NCBI GenBank assembly: GCA_030167865.1
Contig: JALAGF010006497.1
Span: 1-61,539, forward strand
DNA length: 61,539 nucleotides
Source: Craspedostauros australis
Taxonomy: Eukaryota
Reading direction: 5' to 3'
Each line of letters opens with the position of its first letter. Position 1 is the first letter of the stretch. The translations under genes and the position numbers were made by a program. Below the pieces are notes generated by a model, which made no database searches, was not told where the DNA came from, and saw nothing but the letters and a program-made list of their open reading frames with translations. Positions 23,908 to 34,109 of this stretch are shown in pieces.

Positions 23908-25668
23908 TCAGAATCCATCATCAGGGATTTGGACCTGCGGAAAAGGAGCGTGGCGTGGTATCATGCCGTACATCAACAAGGTGGTAGAGACAAACGCCGA
24001 ACAACATGTGAGGGGTACGCGTACAATCTTCGCGTGGAAGGAATCATTGAAGGAACGGCCCAGCTGATCACGGTGCAAACTTGCCATCGCGGATGCTTCT
24101 CAAAGCAGCAGCCGCAGCGGTAGCGGCAGTTATCCGACAACGAGTGCACTCTGACATTCCATGCACTCACCTTTATTCCATCGAAGTCCGGCCGGACTTT
24201 TATTTGGCAGCCAAGCCTCGATCTGTTGCACCAGTCCGAAGTATCCAGAATCATGCCACGGGCAGAGGAAGCGTCATCACGGCACGAGCAAAACGAAACG
24301 CACGCGATGTAACGAGCCAATAGTCAAATAGTGAGCGAGTGTGCGCGTCCTTCGTCCGTGATTTGTGACGTGCCACCATAGTCAACAGCAACACTGAGCG
24401 GTGGCGTTCGATGCGTGCATACATGCGGCGCAAAACAACCGATCACGATCAACGAAGTGTAACCATACACACACGACGCGGCAGCCCGATGCTGCCTTTG
24501 CCGCAATCTGAATCCAACTCACGTTTCCGTCACTTCGTATGCTAGATCCAGCATGTCGTCCTCCTCCAGGTCCTTCTCCGGCAGCGAATCATAAGTCGCT
24601 TCATCGAATATCAAATGGCATGTTGAGCAAGCAAGTTCCCCGCCGCATGCTCCTGTTATAATCCAGCCAAGCGCGGCGAGAACCATGACGATGACGTGCA
24701 GCATCCGCCAACGACTCAACCGAAACGAATGAGTGTGCGAATGAGCGAATGAACGGAGTTGCATTTGTGAGTACACGCTTGAATTGACGCGGATGATTTT
24801 CTCTCGCAGATCGTTGCCTGGTCAAGGCAGGCTACGATACCTCGACGCAAGCAAATCGAGGTGTGCATATATGCGTGCGTGCATGCATGCCATCCTCACC
24901 ACCATTAACGACCTCCTGCAGTAATGATCGCTCCTTCCCCAGAACGCTCGCGGCATGCTTCTCGCGCTCCTACTATTACGCACCTTCCAATTCCACGTCG
25001 TTTTCATGCGCAGTGTCCAACAGATTCGATCCAATCTTCGCATTCACTACCCGTTCGGTGCCGTCTGGTTCGACGTAGGTGATTTCAACCGTTCCCTCCT
25101 CATCTCCCTCAGCGTTCCATCTTGTTGCTGTTGTTGTGTTGCGGAATTCAGTTTTTGCGACACATTCGGAAGGGGTTTTGCGGGTCGAAGGCCGGGCCGA
25201 TTGGGTTGATTGCGAGCGCACACGCATCAACCAAACAAATGCATGTGCAAGAAAGGGAGGAGAGAGGCGCGTCAGTACAAGTATGTTGTGGTGAACGGGG
25301 AGTTGAGCAATGAGAGCACTGTACGAGACAGCCTTGCACAGTATCGAGCGCAGGTAGAGACCAATGGCAATGAAGCTCGGATGAATGTAACTCCGCGCGC
25401 TTGTCGTTCGCATTGCACTTGGTGGAATTGACAACAACGTACCAGTGGAACCGTACGATCTCTCGTGCCGCATCTGCAGGCCTCCATTTCCGGACGATTT
25501 CGTGGAAATTGTGCTCCTCGTCAAGCCGCCGCGGGAATTCGGTGCGTTCGTCGTTCTCGTCGGAGTTTGAGGGAGTCGGATCGTCGAAGCGCTCCTTGCA
25601 GCAGGCGATGAGGCCGTCGCGAGTGATGCAGCTCCGGACGCTGCCCTTGAAATCAACCTTGGTAACAT
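23908..25668 (-). CDS. Mitochondrial-type 2Fe-2S ferredoxin (adrenodoxin/Yah1 family), 5 exons
   Basis: Exons 25668-25443, 25127-24984, 24652-24523, 24222-24171, 23934-23908, all GT-AG and phase-compatible. Product: Arg/Ser-rich presequence, then [16 protein letters not shown]...EEDDMLDLA...TSRLGCQI...VQIPDDGF*. Confidence 0.92.
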
Positions 25669-26488
25669 GCTTGCAGCGCTTTTCTCGATTTGAGGGTGAT
25701 TTCAGTTGAACGTGCTGAGTGATGGCATCCAAAGCTTGGATTGGAAAGCTCCGGTCGGTGGTGACGTGGACGTTAAGAGGGGGACAGGAACAGGTCAGCG
25801 ACCGATCCAGAATCGTTCAATGCCTCGCCGATAAATGGTGCGGGCGTTGGCGTTGGCGTTGAGTGGATTCCTCTCTCTCTTGATTGCCGCACGAGTGTTG
25901 TGATTGGTGTCGCTTGGATGTTGTTGTGCGAGGATGATGGGTGGAGTTTGCGGTTCCGGTTGCGGATCTGGCATTGTTGTTGCTGTGAGGTGGTTGTTCG
26001 ACATCGGCGGCCAAAACGGAGTTGGTCGTGCGTTTGGAGGACGTCACCACTCGTGGCGCCAAATCCATCGTGATTCATCATTCGTGATTCGTGGTTGGCT
26101 AAGAAAGTCGCTTCGACACCCTCCCCAGACTTCTGCATCGAAGTCAGACAAATCCCGGCACTGCAAACCGGGCATAGAGGAACGCAGAGTAGCACGGTAG
26201 AGAAGATGGAGCCTTTGGCGCATCCTATTTTGTTAACTTGCCTACCACATGTCTCTTTACCTGTACATTTCTTGCAGTAGGTATTGATACAATGACATGA
26301 CCACAGTGTTTCCCCTTTCGGCTCTTGATTTGTTCGTGTTGGTTCATGTTGGTTGCGGTCTCGGATGATCAAGGGATTCGGCATCATCGAACAGCTACAA
26401 GTAAGCTCCAGGCAGGGTAGAGCAATGTGATCTTGCTTTCTCTAGGACCTTGCCTTCTCTGTAGTAAGAGAATGAGGCCATTCACCGG

Positions 26489-28939
26489 TTATGACAGCCC
26501 GTACTGCTTCTTGAGTTCCTCCATCTTCTGCAGCTTCTCCATCATCTCCGTTGCCAAGTTGACGGCGTAATCGTTGGTCTGATCCGCTTGCACCGCCTCG
26601 TACAGAATGCCGCCGCGAAGCTTCAAATCATCCCCGACGCAATGCGCGCGCGCCACCAGCAGATTGGATTCGGTGCGTGCCAGCGAGGAATCGGAGTTGC
26701 GGACGCCGCCCTCCTTGCGTTTCTGGTCGATGACCGCAAATGCTTCGTCCAGCAGAACGTTGGCTTCGTCGCAGCGATCCAGGTTGAAGAGGACCATGGC
26801 GTACAGGAACGTGTTGGAAGGACCGTCAACGTGGGCGCTGCCGATGGGTCGCAGGACCTCCTCAGCTTCGATGTACCGCTGTTTGATGGAGAGTTCGTAA
26901 CCGTAGTTGTAGCGTGTGTGGTGAGACCGAGGGTTGACGAGGTAGGCATGCTCCCACAGATCCAGCGCTCTGCTCCACGCCAGGTTGCGCGCGTGAGTGC
27001 GGACGCAGAACCAAAACATCTGCACGATGAAGCCCCAGTGCCCGATCCAGAAAAGGGTCTGCTTTCGGCTGGTGAACCCCGGCGTCATGATGGACACTCC
27101 TCGCACGCAGAGCATATCAAGCAAGAGCGCCTCCAGGATGCAAAATCCAAACAACGGGAGATAGATGACACGGTCGGCCTTCATCAGCCCTACCACCACC
27201 AGGATGTTCGACGACAGCAGGAAGGGCGAAAATGCAAATGCCCACACGGCCATGTTAGCGACACGGAGTCTGGCATCATCAATGTGCAAGGATTGGGTCG
27301 TTCGCGGTGAAGACTCTGTCTTTGCGTCTGGTGTATTGGCGTCGGCGGCAGCGGCAGTCGTAGGACCACTCGTAGCGGTGGCAGCTGAGGGTTTGGCGTC
27401 CGCTGTTGTCGTTGCGCTGGCCGCTGGCAATGATGGCAGACCAACGACCATGCTCCAGAAGGATTGACCCGCAAGGTACCATAGCACGATCACGAAGATG
27501 ATGCGAGGGTCGGAGGCGGACTTTATGAGGTCGATGCTGAGGCCCGACCAGTCCGGCCCCAGGTACATGGGGTAGAGGGCGTCGCGGACGTAGAGACAGT
27601 AGACCCAAGGGATGCTGAACGATCGCGTGAATTGGTCCGGTGCGAAGCCTGCCGGATTCTGCGCTTCGATAAAGTCCGGCGATGTCTCGCCATTGAGAAG
27701 GTACCGCCAGTAGCAAACGAGCAAGGTCTGGATGGCCAGGATGATCGTTCGAAGGGCGAAGTCGCGCGCCCTCTTGCCTTCTGACGGGTTGGCCGGTGCG
27801 GTGAGCTGCTTCCACAAAGTGACGACGGTGCCGTGGTGGTAGAGGAAGTCCCAAAGCACGAGGGAGATGAGCGTGGTGGCGCCTTGTTCCTTGGAGAAAA
27901 GGGAGCAAGTCATTCCCAACCAAGGCACGATGTAGACCTTCGTAATATGTTTCATATCAACTGAATCGTGTTTGGTATTGAGTTTGGCATTGAGTTCGGC
28001 ATTGAGTTCGGCATCACGCGATGATTCGGCCGTGGAGGTGCTGTTTTCTTTGCTTTGCGCCGATGATTGGGTTGCCGAATCTGTCGCTGGGCTTGCCGCA
28101 ACGGTCTCCTCTTGCGCGGCATCCATCTTTTTCGCTGATGCGGCTTCATCTGACTGCGCTTTCGCCTTCGCTGTCGCGGTTGTTTGTGATGTTGCTGGCG
28201 ATGGTGCCATTGCAGAACTCTGGGCGGCCGCCCGGATGGCGCTTGCGTAGGATAGAAATGCGGTGAGCATGAAGCAGCTCATGAGCAGCTCGCCGCGGCT
28301 CGTGATGTTGGACACCACCTCGGCATGGACCGGGTGCAGGCCGAAGATCGCCCCGACGATGAGCTGCATGACGAAGAGATTCTGGTGAAATGACGTTGGG
28401 TTGCGCTTGCGTTTGTGGTGGTAGACGATCTCAAAGACGTAGTGCGCGGCTTCCGTGATCATGGCGGTGACGATGCCGTGCAGGAAGACGTTGACCAAGT
28501 GGAAGGTGTGGGTGGGAGGATAGGTCTCTTCGGGATCCTTGATGTGCATGGCGAGCATGTGATTGAGGATGAAGGTGATGGTGGTGATGGGACGGAAGGA
28601 CTTGTGCGAGCGAGCGGTGTCCATCTCGGCTCCCCAGAAGTCCCTCCTGAACACTTCGGTCCATGGGAGCTGTCCGTTCACCACGATGTTGCGCACCACG
28701 GATCCTGCATCATCGTAGACCCAACCGCCGCGCAGTGCCTGGTGGTCCCAGTATACGAGCACCGCGCAAAGTCCAGTCCAGAAGGATGCCCTTGACCACA
28801 GCCACTGCAGAGGCAGCGGTGCCGCCGCAGTCGGTGCTGGCTTGGCTGGTGCTGCCGTCGCCTTCGGTGGTGCAGCAGCTGTGGGTTTGTCAGCTGCTGC
28901 CGCTGATGTCGACGCTGATGTCGACGCTGGTGATGACAT
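26489..28939 (-). CDS. TMTC-family protein O-mannosyltransferase (multi-TM plus TPR)
   Basis: YDD...VRN...DFWG...SHKSFRPIT, FHLVNVFLH, FGLHPVHAEVV...R.ELL, SKEQG, ADRVIYLP, RNLAW and C-terminal TPR-like helices. Confidence 0.92.
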   Translation of the reverse strand: MSSPASTSASTSAAAADKPTAAAPPKATAAPAKPAPTAAAPLPLQWLWSRASFWTGLCAVLVYWDHQALRGGWVYDDAGSVVRNIVVNGQLPWTEVFRRDFWGAEMDTARSHKSFRPITTITFILNHMLAMHIKDPEETYPPTHTFHLVNVFLHGIVTAMITEAAHYVFEIVYHHKRKRNPTSFHQNLFVMQLIVGAIFGLHPVHAEVVSNITSRGELLMSCFMLTAFLSYASAIRAAAQSSAMAPSPATSQTTATAKAKAQSDEAASAKKMDAAQEETVAASPATDSATQSSAQSKENSTSTAESSRDAELNAELNAKLNTKHDSVDMKHITKVYIVPWLGMTCSLFSKEQGATTLISLVLWDFLYHHGTVVTLWKQLTAPANPSEGKRARDFALRTIILAIQTLLVCYWRYLLNGETSPDFIEAQNPAGFAPDQFTRSFSIPWVYCLYVRDALYPMYLGPDWSGLSIDLIKSASDPRIIFVIVLWYLAGQSFWSMVVGLPSLPAASATTTADAKPSAATATSGPTTAAAADANTPDAKTESSPRTTQSLHIDDARLRVANMAVWAFAFSPFLLSSNILVVVGLMKADRVIYLPLFGFCILEALLLDMLCVRGVSIMTPGFTSRKQTLFWIGHWGFIVQMFWFCVRTHARNLAWSRALDLWEHAYLVNPRSHHTRYNYGYELSIKQRYIEAEEVLRPIGSAHVDGPSNTFLYAMVLFNLDRCDEANVLLDEAFAVIDQKRKEGGVRNSDSSLARTESNLLVARAHCVGDDLKLRGGILYEAVQADQTNDYAVNLATEMMEKLQKMEELKKQYGLS

Positions 28940-29651
28940 TGCAGTCGTCCTTCAATGGCTTCAAGATGGTGGGCACGAATATGTTCTCCGACCAATGTGG
29001 AGCTGTGCCTCTTGTCGAACTCGAAGTATTGCTTCCTTGACTCTGGTGTCACGTCCATGTTCGCACCTCTCTGCGGAGACGAAGTTCGCACAACCGTCGC
29101 CGTTGTGGTGGGAGACGTGCGCAGTGATGACTTTTTCGTATCTTTTCTGAAACGGTCATTTGTGTCGACGGGAACTACACTTGTTCTTGATAGCTACTCT
29201 GCTATTGAGGACTCGTAGCTCGTACCACAGTGGTACGACTACTTGCACACCTGGAGACCACACTTTATCATCACTCCACCATACTCGTACGAGTACTCGT
29301 ATCATCTGGTCGTTTCGCTTGTTTACAGTGAAGATGTAAGTTTCTGTAAGTACCACGCGTGTATTATGTTCTTGTAATGTAATATTTTCCTACGAAATTG
29401 AGAAGCGAAGTGGCGTCCATGACATCACTGATCGATTCGGTTACACTGCTCTGTGAGCAATCAGCCATCATGCGTACGCGGAGTGTATTGTACGGTTGTA
29501 TGAGCATCGTCAATCTGTCAATCTGTCAATCTGACCCGTCCTCTTTTTATGTTCCCCCCTGAAGAAAGCAGCCTTGCATATTCTTCGCAAGATGAGCACA
29601 ACCACCACCAGTAGTATGGATGTGTTGTCTTTCTCTTGCGCACTACCAAAG

Positions 29652-31758
29652 TTAGTTAAAATTCCACGTGTCCTGATCGACTGCAACCCGATCGGTGGCA
29701 GGATCGACTTGCACGCGCATCGGCGGCCACACGGAGCCTTTCGCCACAATGACGCGCAGGTTGGGAATGTCGTTGTAGCTCGGCTGGTTGAGCCACGGCT
29801 GTCCTCCCAGGTTGCGGTGCACGAAGATGACCTCCTTGGAGGTGTAGTTGCTCTTAACGCGAGGGAACAGGACATCGAAGAAGTCCCTGTTGGTCTGAAT
29901 CCGAGGGTCGGCGTGAGCGAGAATGACCATGTAATCAAAGTCGTTCTGCTTCACCTGGTACTGCCCGTCGATCCAGTTCAAGTTCGCGCGGTGCCTTTGC
30001 TGCCATTCGTTTGCATCGTGTACCAATCCGCCGACGAGGTTGATGCCGAGGAACAGGACACGGTTGTACACGTACGCGAAGTTTTCCTCGTGGAATGGTG
30101 CCTGCCTCTCGATCTGCCAATGTGATGGCGCGGGGAAGTGATCCGTCTCAAAGTCCTCGATGTAGGTGCCCCAGTACTCGAATGCTTCGGTCACGTTCGG
30201 ACAATCTGTGTTGCGATTGATTCAATCAGAAGCATGGTGCAGTTCGGTGTTCACAGACAAGGCGGTGTTAGAAAAATTGGAAGTGAATGGAGTGGTGAGG
30301 GACCAATCTGTGCGATGCCTTGCGAACATGACGCGAACAAGGACGCGGCATTCTCTCCACGTGCTCTTCACAAACACATCGAACACGCACACGCACACAT
30401 CACGATATCACAAGAGGCAAGGAAAGAGCACTGCCATGCGACGTACCGTTGTATTCATTGTCACCTGGAACAAAGTAGACAGGAACCGAGCTAGTTTTGT
30501 ACACGTCGACGATGTCCGTGTAGGACGATTCGACGCATTGAGTGGCCGAGGGTGAGTTCCAATCGCCGAGATGGAACATAACCGTCTGTCCATCGTAGTT
30601 TGGAAGCGACCGCAGATTATCGGGCAAACCATCGAGCGCAGCTCCTGAGAAACGACCCGCCGTGACGAAGAATGTGACGTGCTGCGTCGTGGGTGACATG
30701 GTGGGGAGGATGGTTGGCTCGGCAGTGGTCACGATCGTTTCCGTTGGACTGGATGTCGATGAGTCGCCGGGTTGCAGGGAGGGCATTGCGGTGGGCGAGG
30801 CGGTTGTGGAACCAGGCGCGCCGGTCGCTTCCATGTTACCTGCAGTTGGTGACCGCGTTGGAGTTGCGGTGGGCGCCGGCGTCGGCTCGCTGGTGGTGGA
30901 TGCGTTGGGTGCCACCGTCGGCTCACTGGTGGTGGATACGTTGGGCGCGGCCGTGTCGGGAACGAAAATGATGGGAGCACGTGTTGGTGGAGCATCTCCA
31001 AAGTTGTCCTGTTCGAAGGACGTCGCCCGAATGTTGGAATCCTCACGAATGCGCGCAATCCCAAACCCGATGAGAGTCATGGCAGACACGAGCAGCGCGG
31101 CACTGACCACGATGAGGCATTTGACCCAGCCCGGCGCATTGTAAATCCACTCGGGAATGCATCCCGATGACTCGGCCGCAAAGGCTGCCTTGCGATTCGA
31201 GTTGTCGTCATCGAGGCTGATTTCGTTGGGAGCGGTTCTGTTGAGCGTGTCATCATCTGTGTGCCTCGACTTTCCGAGGTGGGAGGTATTGGAGCTGACC
31301 CTAGAGCGTCCCATGCTGGTCATGGCGCCCCTCGACGAGCTGCCTCCCCTCGTTCCTGCAGTGCTGGGGTTGAGGGCGCTTCTGTTCTCCATATCGAACG
31401 CCGATAGACCGAAGCCCGGCGCCCTCGCATGATCCGCTTGAGCGGCGATGCGCATCGTGTGCCGGCTGGCCCCGCCGTAGACGCTGGTGTTGATGGAGGA
31501 GACGTCGTCGTAGTCATGCGGCTGGATGATGACGGGGTTCCCCCGCATGGGCATGCGATCCTGCGGCAGGACGAGCGATTGGCCGTCCAGCGAGATGCCC
31601 GATCCACCGATCAGCTCCGTCGCGCGGTGAGGCCTGACCTCGGTGGCCGTCTCTTCGTCGCCCTCTTCATTCCTGATCTGCATGGCCAGGTCGGCTGCCT
31701 TTTCGTCGTTGCCGTCCTTGCCGTCCTTGCCGCTGCCGCGGAAGCGTCCAAACACCAT
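29652..31758 (-). CDS. Single-pass membrane protein with Thr/Pro-rich stalk and calcineurin-like metallophosphoesterase domain (2 exons)
   Basis: Exons 31758-30447 and 30205-29652; the join gives PVYFVPGDNEYN|DCPN. Motifs FHLGDW, RQ...ENF, LFLGINLVGG, VILAHA; TM WVKCLIVVSAALLVSAMTLIGFGI. Confidence 0.85.
30878..30948 (-). repeat. 36-bp coding tandem duplication (APN[V/A]STTSEPT x2)
   Basis: cgtcggctc[g/a]ctggtggtggat[g/a]cgttggg repeated at 36-nt spacing within the stalk region. Confidence 0.8.
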
Positions 31759-32922
31759 GGTTGGTCGGTCTGTGTGGCCTGTTCTTTTCTCTGCTCAGTG
31801 GGTGGTACTGCTAGTACTCGCACTCTTTGTTGCTGCGAGAGTGTTGCACGATTGCAAGTAAAGTGAGCGCTGTCTGCTGCCTGCTTTCTTATTCTTCGTT
31901 CGCCCGCAGTTCTCTGCCTGCTTTTTTCTGTCTGCCTTGATGTTGCAGTTGAAGCTGTCCTGTTGCAGCTGTGTTGTCGTTGCCTGCTTGGGTGGTCTGG
32001 TCTTGCAAATATAAGAGGAGTAGCGCAGCGGTCGAGTATTACTCTCGTATATTAGCAATATTATAATACTATACGCTGTCTGTCTGGCTCGGTTATGATC
32101 GTTGAGAAAGTCTTGCGATGCGCTTGCGTTGCCGTGCGAGTTCAAAACGTGCGTCGAAATCAATTGTGTGGAGATGTGATGAATTTGGATGGAGTGAACC
32201 AAGAAGCTTGCACACGATGTCGGCATCAACCGCGAAAAGAGAGCCGAGCGCGCAAACCCAAGTTTACCAACGCCGTCTCTGAACCCCGAATTGCACTGCT
32301 CGCGTTGCGGTCATCTTTTTTTTGGTTTTACGTGTCGTGGGTAGAGCCACAAAATTATCGAACCATTTTGCTTCAAAGTTAACGGTCGACAAGTCGGAAC
32401 GTTAACGCAACTCCAACTTTCTTAAATCTTCGACTTGTTTGAGGAAGCCAATGAACCTGTTGTCGCGCCAGGTCGCCCAAGATGACTCTTGTCGGCTGTC
32501 ACATTTTTGTTGCCCATGGTAGGAACCTCCGTAAAACATCACCCACGATTGTACTCGGGACAACGAACTTGGCGCCTCAACCTCGCCACTATCGACCATC
32601 GTGCCAATTGTGCCATTCCCCGCTTCTCCATCGGCGTTCTCTGCAAATCCACGGGAACTTTTTGGTGGCTTCGCACGACAGATCTCCGTCGAGGTTGTTT
32701 CCAGGTTCTCGCTCACCTCTTTGCGGACTGTTGGAGAGGAGAAAGATCTTCCACGTTTTCCCGTGTGTAGTCGTAGTCGTAGTCGTAAGGCAATTCAGAC
32801 AGATCGTGTCGATTTTGATGTTTCCATGATGTCCACGAAGGCAGTTTCGGGTGACAATCTCTTGGTTTGACGACAAGGGCGCCGTTCTCCACAAGAGTAC
32901 TCTCCTCGTACGACTCCCAATA

Positions 32923-32947
32923 CAACAACAACAACAACAACAACAAC
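32923..32947. repeat. (CAA)8 microsatellite
   Basis: caacaacaa... run in an intergenic region. Confidence 0.9.
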
Positions 32948-34109
32948 TCCTCCTACCGCTACTCTTACTACTACACTCGATGTACAACCAAATTCTTCGG
33001 CCAAGAGAAGAAGGATTATGGTATGGTAACACTCAAAATCTCAGTGGACGGCAATACATCCAGACTCTCTGGCTCGTGCATACGACTATTGTCAACGGTG
33101 GCCGATCGGTCGGAGTTCACTCGATCCCATCACTCGACCGTGTTCTGCGCCACCAGATCCAAGTTCTCTCGGACATGATGCCCTTCCTCTCTTGTTGATG
33201 TTGCTGGTGGAAAACCTTGCCTGTGGGCACCCGAGGCGCGCCGTCCGCTGTCGATTACTATTTGGTTGGCTGTTTGGGCGCCATCACAATCACCATGGTG
33301 ACACCAAACATGCCAAAGCAAACGCTGGACGTCGACGCAAAGACACACATAATCTCATGACACAGCGAACGATGCCAATCAGACATCCTGCCGCATGATC
33401 GGAGGCGGACCTGCCAACACCCTTGCCTGCAAACGATTCAAGATGGGACAACTCGGTGGATGGATCCAAGCACACTAGAATAAACCATATAGTGTCCTAT
33501 TCTAGTACTATTAGTCTATTGTATTATTAGAGAGCAGTCCGCTCATCCGCCTGCCGACCAACATGGGTGAAAACGAGGCGCCTCGGATACTTGGACCACG
33601 CTGACGTGGCGGTCACTTGTCAGAACTTGATCAGCTCTGTCGTTCCGACGAGACGTGGAATGGAATCTTCACAGGTGGCTCTGTGTGGTGGGATTGGCCG
33701 AACACTGAATCGTGGACAGCAATCATGACGTAACTCTGACGCAAAGCCATCACATTGTTGACACTTTGTTTCGTCAACAATTTCTCAAAAAGGACCTCAC
33801 GACATTGCGCGCACGCAATCTTTTCGAGCGCTCTTGTTTGGACGCATCTCTTCTTTGCCAGACCAACGCCGACAGAACACAAAAGCGAGAAGAGATGATG
33901 TGCAGATCTCAGTGCGCTGTGAACAGATGATGCGCGCAGGTGATGTGCGCAGCGAGAGAGAGAGAGAGAGAGGGAACTTGTGCCACAAGACAATCAGGAT
34001 TACCTACGAATCTCTTTCATAAAATGAAAAGATCATTGAGATCAGAGAAACAACAGAGGACTTCACCATCTTGAACAACACTATCCATGCCGCTGAACGG
34101 CAGCCAACA

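Noticed and set aside
32770..33400. Short ORFs with poly-Q/poly-N tracts
   Set aside because: Produced by a CAA microsatellite; no consistent frame or family motif.
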